Source of the DNA: Eledone cirrhosa
Lineage: Eukaryota
Length of the DNA: 64,000 nt
Assembly: GCA_964016885.1 (NCBI GenBank)
Contig: OZ024755.1
Coordinates: 1,302,001-1,366,000, forward strand
Reading direction: 5' to 3'
Shown: positions 1 to 12,539 of the stretch, one piece after another
Numbering within the stretch: the stretch's first letter is position 1
How the letters are laid out: each line of letters starts with the position of its first letter
Program-made: the position numbers and the translations under genes
Notes under the pieces: generated by a model
What the model was told of the DNA's origin: nothing
The model's input: the letters and a program-made list of their open reading frames with translations, nothing else
Databases searched by the model: none

Positions 1-102
1 TGATGATATAGCAGAAATATGCCAGTTAAATTTATACTTTTTAAAATAAATGAAAAATGACAAAAAAAATATAATTATCATACAAAATTTTATTAGATCC
101 AA

Positions 103-213
103 CTAATTAGGGACATGAAGCTGACTTTTGGCGTTGTAAGCAAAATACCAGACAAGAATGGCGACCACAGCAGCCACAAATTCACTCTGAATGTAGGCAC
201 CTTTCCAAACACC
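103..213 (-). CDS. SSR4: SSR4 exon 6 (TM helix and stop)
   Basis: GVWKGAYIQSEFVAAVVAILVWYFAYNAKSQLHVPN*; poly-T tract plus CAG acceptor; TAG at 105-103. Confidence 0.95.
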   Translation of the reverse strand, partial: GVWKGAYIQSEFVAAVVAILVWYFAYNAKSQLHVPN

Positions 214-3200
214 CTGAAAAAAAAAAAGGTAAATATATATTATAGTAATTGTACAGCATTTTTTGTCACACAAACATTATAATTGGTCTTTAATGAACAA
301 TTTATAGTAATTGTTTCATTAGTCTACCTCAGTGGTCCCCAACCTGTCCCACCACCTCAACATCTCAAAAATTATGACCTGGGACAGTTTCAGACGGGCT
401 TTTTTAATATCAAAAAGGTTAAGAAATAAAAACTGGTATTTTTGTAATAGAAAACTTTTAGACAAATAAAACTATGGTAGAAGACACCAAATTCCCGCGT
501 AAATATAACCAAGGGAAATAACTCATATATCAAGCGATAGATATTCTCATACTCGGGTCCCAAATAAGTGGGAGGAAGGACAGTAATTTATTTTAAAACC
601 AGAATTAGTCGTTTAGTTTACATATTGAAACCCGAACCTATCTTATTTATTTCATAACATGTGGGATTTCTAGTAATGTAAAACTAGAATATCTGGTTTG
701 GCCATGTAACAGATGGTGATATGGCCATCATCATTTTACATCCGCTTATCCCTGCTTGGATACCATACTTCCCCAACTACATGGTCCTATAACTTCTGAG
801 GGAGTTGTAAGGGCACATTATTAACATACAGCGCTTCTGGGGCATCTTTTAAAAACCTGGCAGAGCCCATCTCCTCTCCACGTCTGAATACAACAGACTT
901 CTTCCAGAGAAGAATAGAGAGAGAGATATAGAGGAAGAATCAACCCCAGTACTAGACTGGTACTTTTTTATCAACTTCGAATAGATTAAAGTTGATCTCG
1001 GTGAGATTTGAACCCAGAGATCAGAAAGTGGAAATTAATAGCACAAATCTGCCAATTCACCACCTACTTCCTCATTAACTAATTATTCCATAAATCCTAC
1101 TTACGCGATGGTCAATATCAATGGTGAAGATTGGTTTAATATTCTGGATATCTTCATTGTTTCTCTGAGCCTGTAGAAAGTGAAATATCAGACAAGATTT
1201 ACTCAAAATAAACTGAAATTGTTAAGATTTTATCTACAACTCAGAGCTGATACTTTGAATATAATTAAATTTATGTCAGATAAGAAAAAAAATCCAGCAA
1301 ACAATAAATAAAAAGTTTTACCTTTCTGAGAGCAGAATAACCTTCTTCGTCGTAGAATTTAGCTACATATGTCCCAGCTGGAAGCTGGCTATGACTGTCA
1401 CTAAATGTCACCTAGAAAGAGAGAATAAGGAATTAGTTTACTTTGGATTTTCTCTTAATGCCTCCAATACCAAAATACCTTAAACCCCCCAGGTTCTATG
1501 ATACAGAACTGTTTGTTTTAAAGTGTTTACATCTATCAATAACAAACCTTACTTCATAATTCTATGTAAGAACATTTGCTATGTTCCAAACACCAGTTTA
1601 ATAATGAGAAAATTATATTACTAAATCCCCAGAAATTTTTAATAATTTTCATTTTAACTCCGAGTCTGAGCCAGACTTCAGCCTTTTTTAGTCTTGCTGC
1701 TGTTAAAAGTTAAATATCACAACATAAACCCCACATTGAATGAATGCAATAATAACTACCTGATATTGGTTAGCCAAAGTTGTCTTGGTAGCTGGAACTG
1801 GTTTACCATTTATGTCAGCATACAGGTTAATGTTCTAAAATAATAAAAACAACAAATAATTTTATTACATTATTTCAGTTTTAACAACAGTACTTGGAGT
1901 TCAAAGTGAGGATATATCAGATCTTAGTGAGAATAACAATTTCTAAATATGGCAAAAAAACACCCAGTCCATCCTGTAAAGTGGTCATGTTGGTGATACA
2001 AAAAAAAAAAAAACACCCAATCCAATCCAACCTGTCAGTTAGTTGTTCTGGTGTCACGATAAAAAACATCCAAGCCAGAAACAGTTCTGTATGAGTAAGA
2101 TATACCTGATCTGACTTGTCCCTCCATGGAACAACTTGTCTAACCCATGCTAGTGTAGAAAATGGACGTTAAATGGGGTGAGACAGTCCCATCTAGTCTC
2201 GGACCATGATAACTTGTCCAATCCATGCCAGTATAAAGGACAAATATAAAATGATGACAATAATTGATAGAAACATTCAAAATGAAACTTACATTCAAGT
2301 CATTTTTACAAGACAATGAGAACTGGACAATGAAAATAGTTTCTGAAGATGTTGTTGCTTCAGGAGTTGTGTACACTTGAGGGGTGACTGTTGGTCCAAG
2401 ACATGTGTCACCTAAAAAGACAAAGACAATTTCATAGGATGCAACCAATATGAAGAATAAATGGAAAATTATTTTGAAGGTTTTAATTTACATAAAACCC
2501 ATTTAAGGGTTTAACCCTTTAGCATTTAAATTGGCCATATCCGGCCAGAATTTTCTCACCCCTTTCTATTCAAACTGGCCATAACCAGCCACTTATACAT
2601 ATGTTAAGGTATTGTTTTCAAAATAAATAATATTAAAATCTCATAGTTTTGATATTATGTGAGGTAAAGTGTTTACCATGAAAATACAATAGTATATATA
2701 GAGTAATGTAAATGTTATGTGAGGTAAAGTGTTTACCATGAAAATACAATAGTATATATAGAGTAATGTAAAATATTATGTGAGGTAAAGTGTTTACCAT
2801 GAAAATACAATAGTATATATAGAGTAATGTAAAATATTATGTGAGGTAAAGTGTTTACCATGAAAATACAATAGTATATATAGAGTAATGTAAAATATTA
2901 TGTGAGGTAAAGTGTTTACCATGAAAATACAATAGTATATATAGAGTAATGTAAATGTTATGTGAGATATTATGTGAGGTAAAGTGTTTACCATGAAAAT
3001 ACAATAGGATATATAGAGTAATGTAAATGTTATGTGAGATATTATGTGAGGTAAAGTGTTTACCATGAAAATACAATAGTATATATAGAGTAATGTAAAT
3101 GTTATGTGAGATATTATGTGAGGTAAAGTGTTTACCATGAAAATACAATAGGATATATAGAGTAATGTAAATGTTATGTGAGATATTATGTGAGGTAAAG

Positions 3201-4808
3201 TGTTTACCATGAAAATACAATAGTATATATAGAGTAATGTAAATATTATGTGAGGTAAAGTGTTTACCGTGGAAATATAGAGTAATGTAAAGGGTTAAGG
3301 GTTGGGTGCATCCAGCTGTAGAAACCATGCCCAAAATATAATGTATGAGTGTGATGCCATCAGCTGGCATATGGTGTTTCTAGGGTATTTTAAAACCTGG
3401 TGGAGCCCATCTCCTCTCCAGGTGTGAATACAACAGGTTTCTTCCAGGGAGGGGGGGGGGCGTGAGAAAGAGATATAGAGGAAGAATCGACCCAGTACTT
3501 GGCTGATAAATAAATAAATAACCCAAAGAAATGCTGTTGACAGTTAACCTCGGGTTAACCCCGATCGAGCAGAACTATGATCGAAGACATTCCAGCTGTG
3601 ACCATCCACTCTTGGAGGTGCATGTCATCCCAAATGGTTACAGTGGGAGACTAAGCAGATGTTACTGTACGAACAATGTTTCTTTAATAATATAGAATTA
3701 TTTTTATTTAAGGTACTGAGTAGAGGAGTGAACTGCTTTCTGTTACTGATGTTGTTTTGATCATGGTTGACCTGGGGCTAAAGCCTTCCAGCCATGACCA
3801 TTCCGTTTTGTTTTCAGGCATAGTGTATTTAGGACTATATTATCTAAATATATATACATATATGTGTGTGTAGATATATAGAGAGATGTAATTAGAATAT
3901 ATATGGAGAGAGAGAGATATGTAATTAGAATATATACATATATAGAGAGAGAGATATGTAATTAGAATATATATATAGAGAGAGAGATATGTAATTAGAA
4001 TATATACATATATAGAGAGAGAGATATGTAATTAGAATATATATATAGAGAGAGATATGTAATTAGAATATATATAGAGAGAGAGATATGTAATTAGAAT
4101 ATATATGGAGAGAGAGAGATATGTAATTAGAATATATATATATAGAGAGAGATATGTAATTAGAATATATACATATATATAGAGAGATATGTAATTAGAA
4201 TATATACATAACATTTACATGGCGCTGTTAGTGAAATATATTATCCTGCGGTACAAACCGGACTAATTAGATATTACCAAGAAATCGATCAAGTTATAAA
4301 ATAAGAAATTCCAATAGTTAACAACAGATCAATATGTTTATTCACATCCTTTCCCTAATTTTAAATCTGTTCTAATTACATTCCGTTATTTTTATATATT
4401 TGTGGGCGTCATGTGTTAAAATCAATGGTTAAAGTTATTAAAATATTTATATTAAAACATCGTTAAATCTCAGAAATATATATGAAAGTTGTGATTTATT
4501 CCTGTGGGATGTTTAAAAGTAGAAGAAAGAAGCCAGCAAATATAAAATATTATCTGGCTGATGTTTAGCTAAACGCCACGTCAACATTTATCGTCTGATC
4601 AAAGAAATGTCCATTTCAAAGTAAATATATTGCTATAATCTGAGGTGTAATAAGATGATTATTGTATTTTATATAGACAGATATGTATATATACATGTAA
4701 ATATAGATATATAGCAGTTAAATTAAACAAACCTGAAGCAAATAAAGGTAGAATCAGGATGAAGGAGAAGAGAGAGACGATCATCGTTGATGAAGTACTT
4801 GACGCCAT
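103..4808 (-). CDS. SSR4: Translocon-associated protein subunit delta (TRAP-delta), complete 6-exon gene, 178 aa
   Basis: Exons 4733-4808, 2293-2411, 1760-1834, 1322-1411, 1105-1170 and 103-213 all have GT-AG ends and consistent phases (537 nt). Product: MASSTSSTMIVSLFSFILILPLFASGDTCLGPTVTPQVYTTPEATTSSETIFIVQFSLSCKNDLNNINLYADINGKPVPATKTTLANQYQVTFSDSHSQLPAGTYVAKFYDEEGYSALRKAQRNNEDIQNIKPIFTIDIDHRGVWKGAYIQSEFVAAVVAILVWYFAYNAKSQLHVPN. It has a signal peptide, the two conserved Cys, the FYDEEGYSALRKAQRNNED motif and a C-terminal TM helix, as in human SSR4. Confidence 0.96.
1105..1170 (-). CDS. SSR4: SSR4 exon 5
   Basis: AQRNNEDIQNIKPIFTIDIDHR; CAG acceptor, GTAAGT donor. Confidence 0.95.
1322..1411 (-). 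CDS. SSR4: SSR4 exon 4
   Basis: VTFSDSHSQLPAGTYVAKFYDEEGYSALRK; AG/GT flanks. Confidence 0.95.
1760..1834 (-). CDS. SSR4: SSR4 exon 3
   Basis: NINLYADINGKPVPATKTTLANQYQ; AG/GT flanks. Confidence 0.95.
2293..2411 (-). CDS. SSR4: SSR4 exon 2
   Basis: GDTCLGPTVTPQVYTTPEATTSSETIFIVQFSLSCKNDLN; TTTTTAG acceptor, GTAAGT donor. Confidence 0.95.
2511..3298 (+). mobile_element. piggyBac-like MITE (family A) with internal tandem expansion, in SSR4 intron 1
   Basis: TTAA-CCCTTTAGCATTTA at the left end and AAAGGG-TTAA at the right end; an internal segment is tandemly amplified at about 2650-3290. Confidence 0.8.
3880..4205. repeat. Compound minisatellite of about 33 bp
   Basis: (GA)n-TATGTAATTAGAA-(TA)n units. 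Confidence 0.9.
4733..4808 (-). CDS. SSR4: SSR4 exon 1 (signal peptide)
   Basis: ATG at 4808-4806; MASSTSSTMIVSLFSFILILPLFAS; donor CAG|GTTTGT, phase 1. Confidence 0.9.
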
Positions 4809-5021
4809 TTTGTTACGAAAGGAAGGGGAAGTAAATATATTTTTAACTTCTATACATAAATTATGGAAGATTCAAGGTAGATAACTGTGGAATTATAAGG
4901 TTGTCTGCTCATAGATTTAAAACCTGAGAAAAAAATTCTCAGTACACTCGACCTGCTAGAAATAACAACCAAATCCCCCCAAAGATTGTTAGCCTTGTGC
5001 CTAAATCAGAAACTGCCAATT

Positions 5022-5190
5022 GGTGGATTGGCAGAAATCGCTAGAGCGCCGGACAACATGCTGTGTGATGTATAGAGTTACGTTCCTTTACGTTCTGTGT
5101 TCAAATCCTGCCGAAGTTAGCTTTGCTTTTCACCTTTACGGAGTCGATAAAATAAAGCACCAGTAACATACTGGGTCGATTGAACCATTA
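5022..5190 (+). mobile_element. tRNA-headed SINE family 1 (representative copy)
   Basis: GGTGGATTGGCAG...GTTCAAATCC (B-box)...CTTTGCCTTTCATCCTTACGGGGTCGATAAAATAAAGTACCAGT; more than 12 copies, e.g. about 7840-8005(-), 28515-28735, 29480-29640, 33380-33590, 33855-34075, 37910-38110 and 62290-62470. Confidence 0.8.
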
Positions 5191-6725
5191 TATTGACCAT
5201 TACGTAAAGGCTGACTCGTGGCCAGAGTTAACAGAAATACAGATGAACATGGCTATAAAACCTATCAAATAATTCGAGATCGAAGACAATAAATCAGGCC
5301 GACATATAATTAAATATAGGATTTACAAATGTTTTGTTTCGGTTCGGTAAACTTGAATGTATCTAATAGAGAGTGGAAGCCATCCAATGGAACGACACAT
5401 GTTCAGAACAGCATATAGTCCTTCCATAATGTCTGATCCGGTAAGAATCGATCAATTTGAACTGCTGCTGGGTCTGATTATTAATAACTGTAGTATAGAT
5501 ACAGGACTAAACTAGAAACTAGAAACTTATAGGGACGGGACTATGGCAGTTATTATTAGTCAACATCAAGGGTGGTGGATTGGTGGTAATAGGTAGACTA
5601 GAGGGTCGAGAAACATGTTTTGTGGCATAGAGTTACGTCTCTTTACCTCCTGTTCACTGCCCGAAACATCCAGAACCTCGATCTGCTCCTTTCTTCTACC
5701 AGTTGTTCTCTGTCTAAAACATCCAGCCCAATAACAAAGTCATCTAAGTTCCTCCTAGTCATCATATCTCCTTGTCTGCCTCCAAATGTGATTGTTGTCC
5801 TGAGAATCAATGGAGAGGGGGGGGGGGGCTTGCTGGAAAAATTGTAAGAGTGTGAAAGAGAGGAAGATGTAAAAGAGAGAGAGATAACGAATGAGCTTGA
5901 GAGAGAGGGAGAGTGTGTATAGAGAGAGAGTGTATGTGTGTGGAGGGTGTGTGTGTGGAGAGAGAGTGTCTGTGCGTGTGTGAAGAGAGAGAATGTGTGT
6001 GGAGAGAGGGTGTGTGTGTGTGTGTTCTTTCAGGTGCAAGCTTACCCCTCTTTCTATCTGGCCCTTGCTAACGTATTTCTCTCATCACCCAACATCTAAC
6101 AAAAGACAATTTATCCTAATCCCTCTGGAATAAACTCCTTGTCCACATTTTTCCTTTCATGCGTCGATCTGAAGAACTTCAAAGTGAGAATCGATCGTCT
6201 GCTGGGCCAGACTTTCCCCTGCTGAGACCCTAAGCTATATGAAATCTGATGCCCTTCTCTAAAAATATATTATTTGTCTGCAAGGCCGGACTTTCAACTG
6301 CTGAGGCCCTAAACTATATGAGATTTAAGGCCACATATTGACATGTGGTGTTTCTGGGGTATTTCTTTTACAACTGACCTGAATACAGCAGATTTATTTC
6401 AGAGAAGAATAGAAAGTGAGATTTATAGAGGGAGAATCGATCTCAGGACTAAACTGGTACTTTTTTATCGACCTCGAATGGAGGCAAAGTTGTCCTCACC
6501 ACCAGCGAAATACTTAAGAAAAATTGAAGTTTACGAAAAGCCGAGGGTAGCGAAAGATAAACAAACTCAGTTTACTGTTTCTAAATGTTTTAAATAGCTG
6601 AACACATCACCACAGTTACTTAGTTTCTATATCTTCACTATATTGACGAAATAAGACAGAAAATCGTCTGCTTCTTAAGCTCACCTATAAGGTCCTATAA
6701 GGTTATCTGATTAGGAATCGTATTT

Positions 6726-6738
6726 GTTTCCTAGCAAC
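6726..6738. promoter_or_regulatory. RFX X-box motif; candidate promoter element of the plus-strand giant gene
   Basis: GTTTCCTAGCAAC matches the RFX X-box consensus. It lies in non-repetitive sequence 1.9 kb upstream of the SSR4 ATG and is followed by a possible donor GTG|GTAAGG at 6857/6858. Confidence 0.45.
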
Positions 6739-7156
6739 GATATATAAATATTATTAGTAACATCAACAGCATTCATCTAACGTCACCTAACAGGATTTGA
6801 ATTAAATAACAAAATCTCTTTGCTTCCTGACTACTGTTTATAGTTACGGTTAATGTGGTAAGGGTGGATTTCGCTGGAGGGCGGGGGTTCCTCCAACTTT
6901 TCAGTTTCTTGTGGAGAAGGAGTTAGAGCAGTCGTGGGTAACCAGCGGCCCGCTTTCTGAATGGCACACCTAATTTTAAAATTGTATTGAATGTTTTTTG
7001 TAGTGCAACCCACCTTACAACGAACCACATCCAGGGCTGGACTTACCTATAAGCTAAATAAACCAGTTTAGGTTACACACCCCCGGGGGCCTCATTTTAA
7101 AAAATATATTTTGTTATTTTATCATTAGTTTTTATTCTTTTATTCTTTAACAGTAA

Positions 7157-7195
<39 letters not shown>

Positions 7196-8394
7196 CAAAA
7201 TGTTAATAAATGAAAAATATTCTCATAATCAAAATATATATTTTATTATACATATTTCAAAGGTACAATGATGTTTAAGTACGTTTTCATCAGACAAAAT
7301 ATATTTGAACTCAGACCGTTCAAATCCCGTCTACGATGTTTGTTCTGCTGCTTTACATTCTGTGTTCAAATCCTGAAACTGTCAATTTTTACCCTTTTTC
7401 CGGGGTCGATAAAAGCAAGGACCAGTCATTGATGAATTCATTGAACCTTGTTAAACTTTTAATTGTGTGTGTGTGTGTCACTTTTTAATGAACTGCCTAA
7501 ATCAACTCTATTTAGTGTTTCACTATCCAGTGTGACAATATTTCCAGCTTCTTGGTTTAGTGACATCTACTACGATTTGCAGGACATTGCTGGAGAAGTA
7601 AGTAGGAAGTTAGACACAAGCTACTATTATTATTTCTACTTTGGGCTATTTTCCTCCTCTGCTGACCATAACTTATCACAGATTTATTGAAGACATCCAA
7701 TAACTTATCACAGATTTATTTAATGATAATTGTTTCTACTTTGGGCACAAGGCCAGCAATTGAAAAAACAAAACAACAGCAATAACAACAACAACAACAA
7801 CAACAACGATAACAATAGAAATAATAATTATTTCTACTTTTGGCACAAAGCCAGCAAATAACCAGTACATTACTGGTACTTTATTTTATCAACCCCGTAA
7901 GGATGAAAGGCAAAGTTAACCTCGGCGGGATTTGAACTCAGATCGTAAAGGGACGTAACTCTATGCTGCAAAACATGGCGTCCGACCCTTTACCAATACT
8001 GCTGCTGTGGGAACCAATCACGGGAGACACAGTAGAGGAAGACCTGTTCGAATTTTCATTGATCAACTCTCAGACGATATAAACCTCAGTAGGAAGGAGT
8101 TGCCAGGAGTGATGGAAAATTGTGAATTGTGGAGAGACTTTGTCAGGTTCGACTGTGGTCGCAATGTTGGTGATTTAAAATATGGTAGGAATTTTATTAA
8201 TTCTACAAAGTCATGGAACGAATTATTTGATTTCATGTCTCTAGATGAGAAATGTCTTGCTAACTAACACCCAACCTGGCTATCGTTCGGGAATTATGTG
8301 TCACAAACTACAGTCACAGCATAGTTGTAAAACTGAGGAAATGGCTGCAAAACTTCTTAAATTTACTGCAGAACCTGAAGCAATCTAAAGAATC

Positions 8395-8705
8395 ATCAAC
8401 AAGATGAGCTACAGGGAGGAGCGGAAAGAATTAAAACTATACTACTCCTTGGAATGAAGAAAGGGAGAGATACGGAAAGATCATGGAAAGGTTAGCACCA
8501 AACTTTTGGCGGGACCAACAGGACATCATCACTGTATAATGTCAAAGGTTGTGTCCTACACATCTAGCGTAAGGATCAGATACTGCAATAGTTACAAGGG
8601 ACCCAAGTTTTTTAATATGCTGCCAAAACACATGAGAGACCTACATGAGGTTCATCTAGAGATTTTCAAGAAGAATTTCAATATTCTGCTACTTAAGGTC
8701 GCAGA
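8395..8705 (+). mobile_element. Decayed CR1/L2-type LINE 3' fragment
   Basis: MSYRERRKELKLYSLE*RR and GPKFFNMLPKHMRDL...FKK motifs. Confidence 0.6.
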
Positions 8706-9766
8706 TATTTTTAAAATATTCTGTACACTACATTTTATGAAATTGATCTTACATATCTCTCTCTCTCTCTTTCTCTCCACACACATACACACATATGCAC
8801 ATGTACAGGCACACACACACATATACATACACACACATACATATACACACGTACAGGTACACACTCACCATGTCAAATCAGCTGTCAGTAAACGGCTTTA
8901 TGTTGTAACCATAGTTATTTGGCAAAAACTATTCCAATATTTTTACTTGTTTTGCTATTAAGCGACAGCAGAACGAACAAATATAATATATATATATAAT
9001 ATATATATATATAAAATATATATATCACGACACGCACAAAGCGATCAGGGAAACATGTATTGTTCAATCATATGCCAATGTGTTGAGACTCGAAACCAAA
9101 GTGATTAAGTTAATTTTTTTTAATTTATTTTGAAACTTTTTCTTATTTGCTAAACCTTGATTATATATATATATATATATATGTCTGTCCACCAACCACG
9201 TAATTATGTATATTATACTATGTTCAATATTTTATATTGAAGTTTTATATCATTCCACTCTTTGTAAACGTACTACTGATCTTTATTACTTACCGATTAT
9301 TAAATGTACCATTATGTTATGTTAAATTTTGTAAATTCTGTAATATGTTTATATTTTTATAATTTTTGTAATGTTTGAATAATATTTATTTACACCAATT
9401 GTATAGAAATTTGACCTCCATCTGTTTTCTTGCAATGGTTTTGATATTTTTCCAACATAATTTTTCCAACATAATTTAGTTCTGTACAATATTTTTTCTC
9501 ACCCGGTCTGTAACTCTATATGATTTGTTATATTATATTATATTATATTATATATAGTACAATAATTCCCGCTCTATATCACCACCTTTGTTTAGCTTTA
9601 GTTTTTGCATTGGACTATATTTGTAATATGGTTCAAAATGTTATTCACTTCCTTAGCAATTTTTACTTGATAATTTTTACCCGATAATTTTCCTATGCTT
9701 TAATCTATGTACACTCCATATTCTTCTGAGTTTTCGGGTTGTATTGGCCGATAGTGCTTCTTATAG

Positions 9767-9820
9767 CTTTAATTGCCCTGATGAGTCCTTAATAGGACGA
9801 AACATTGTTGGCTAATAAAG
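9767..9820 (+). ncRNA. Type I hammerhead ribozyme motif (probably from a Penelope-like element)
   Basis: CTTTAATTGCC-CTGATGA-GTCCT-TAAT-AGGAC-GAAAC-ATT-GTT-GGCTAATAAAG: intact core, 5-bp stem II, stem I with 2 mismatches, minimal stem III, GUU triplet. Confidence 0.75.
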
Positions 9821-9893
9821 ACTTTTCTATAATACGAAGAGGGTGTTTAACTCCAACACACTCTAGTATTTTAATTCTTATATATATATATAT

Positions 9894-10069
9894 AACAAAG
9901 GAATTGTGGTAAGGAACCAAATGGACCATAACGCACCAGAGTACTCAATACTTAGGGTAGTAGAGTGGGAAATAGGAAAAAGTATGACCCCGACGGCAAA
10001 GCTCAAGCCGTTTCGAAATAGCCGTCGAAACGGCTTGATCTCTGCCGTCGGGGTCATAGTTTTTCCTAT
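9894..10069 (+). repeat. (TA)n-embedded interspersed element with a terminal hairpin of about 100 nt
   Basis: Inverted repeat at 9972-10069; diverged second copy in opposite orientation at 22624-22817. Confidence 0.8.
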
Positions 10070-10216
10070 ATATATATATATATATATATAGTAAAAGGAC
10101 GAATTGTTATTATGCATTCATTATTTTTATTGAGTAGTGACGTGCGTTCCGCTATTGATCAGTTCATGGTTCGATTTGTATCGATTCTGGAATATATCTC
10201 CCTATATATATATATT

Positions 10217-10247
<31 letters not shown>

Positions 10248-10491
10248 TGACTTAGTTGGTGTCCAGTTTCTTGGAAAATAATAATTGCAACTCTTCATTT
10301 ATATTCAGTGTTTACACACACACATACATATAAACACACACACACACACACACCTTACGAGTCGTATTAAACTAGATATGAAGTGAAATAGGTTTATATT
10401 GTTGTTATGTCTCCATAGTTACCTGGCAAATAACTGTGTCATTATCTACAGGTGTTTTCTTAAGTGACAGCAGAGACCACAAATACAAATA

Positions 10492-10526
<35 letters not shown>

Positions 10527-10689
10527 CGTATTCCACCTGGTTGGGGTGGGGCTGATAACCCTGTTATAACCACTAACGTGCTAATCGATACATCGATTTT
10601 CCATGATTAATTGACCCTCTGAAACGATCGTAAAACAATGAAATAACTAACTACATACGTCTAACTTCTGTCTTTTTCCATTGTTCTAT

Positions 10690-11695
10690 GCACAAACACA
10701 CACACAAAATATATATATACTCACACAAACACACACACAAAATATATATATACTCACACAAACACACACACAATATATATATATACTCACACAAACACAC
10801 ACACAATATATATATATACTCACACAAACACACACACAAAATATATATATACTCACACAAACACACACACAAAATATATATATACTCACACAAACACACA
10901 CACAAAATATATATATACTCACACAAACACACACACAATATATATATATACTCACACAAACACACACACAAAATATATATATACTCACACAAACACACAC
11001 ACAAAATATATATATACTCACACAAACACACACACAATATATATATATACTCACACAAACACACACACAAAATATATATATACTCACACAAACACACACA
11101 CAATATATATATATACTCACACAAACACACACACAATATATATATATACTCACACAAACACACACACAAAATATATATATACTCACACAAACACACACAC
11201 AAAATATATATATACTCACACAAACACACACACAATATATATATATACTCACACAAACACACACACAAAATATATATATACTCACATAAACACACACACA
11301 ATATATATATATACTCACACAAACACACACACAAAATATATATATACTCACACAAACACACACACAATATATATATATACTCACACAAACACACACACAA
11401 TATATATATATACTCACACAAACACACACACAATATATATATATACTCACACAAACACACACACAATATATATATATACTCACACAAACACACACACAAA
11501 ATATATATATACTCACACAAACACACACACAAAATATATATATACTCACACAAACACACACACAAAATATATATATACTCACACAAACACACACACAATA
11601 TATATATATACTCACACAAACACACACACAATATATATATATACTCACACAAACACACACACAATATATATATATACTCACACAAACACACACAA
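10690..11695. repeat. CA/TA compound minisatellite (33-bp unit)
   Basis: CACAAACACACACACAA(A/T)ATATATATATACTCA tandem. Confidence 0.95.
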
Positions 11696-11770
11696 ATTTA
11701 AACGATATACAAAACCATTTTTTTTCATATATCAAGTTGAACTTATATATATATATATATAAGTTCAACT

Positions 11771-11805
<35 letters not shown>

Positions 11806-11812
11806 TTCAACT

Positions 11813-11849
<37 letters not shown>

Positions 11850-11856
11850 TTCAACT

Positions 11857-11896
<40 letters not shown>

Positions 11897-12539
11897 CGCC
11901 AAATAATAGATGTACTCACTTAAAGAAAGAATCAAGCCAACATTGCATGAAGGTATATCGTTTAAATTTGTATAATTGATGCTCTGGGCTTAATGTCCAT
12001 TGAGCTTTCTTTGTTGAGTAACATAATCAATATTCAATATATATTGATTATTATATATTGATATATATATATATACTGGCGATAGTATTCTACTGTATCT
12101 ACATGACTGACTCTTCTTTCGGTCGCCATTGGTTACTGCCACACATACAAACATCCCAGAAAAAAACGAAATTCCTTGGATGTGGCTGTCTTTGTGACAT
12201 CTTTATTTAGGGAACTCCACCTTATTTCCTTTCTCACTCCCCCTTATATATATTGTTTCTAATCTCAGACCCCTCACATTAACTACGCCCAATGTTTCAT
12301 GTTTGGAATGTTTCCCTGTATGTCTTCCCTTCATAATCCAACTTGTAAGTTTGCATTCAACACCAACTGTATCAGTTACATTAAACTAGGGCTCGGGTTG
12401 TGACTGAGAAGACCAGCAAAGGTTAGCGGCACGGCCCTTTCCTCCGGACCTAGCAAGAAAAATTAAAATGGCACGAAAATCTCTTTTCGTGAACTGTAGA
12501 TGGAAGCTGTTGCGAGTGATTGTTCCTGATTTGTGGAAT

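Noticed and set aside
10651-11810. Several ORFs of 200-374 aa
   Set aside because: CA/TA minisatellite translations.
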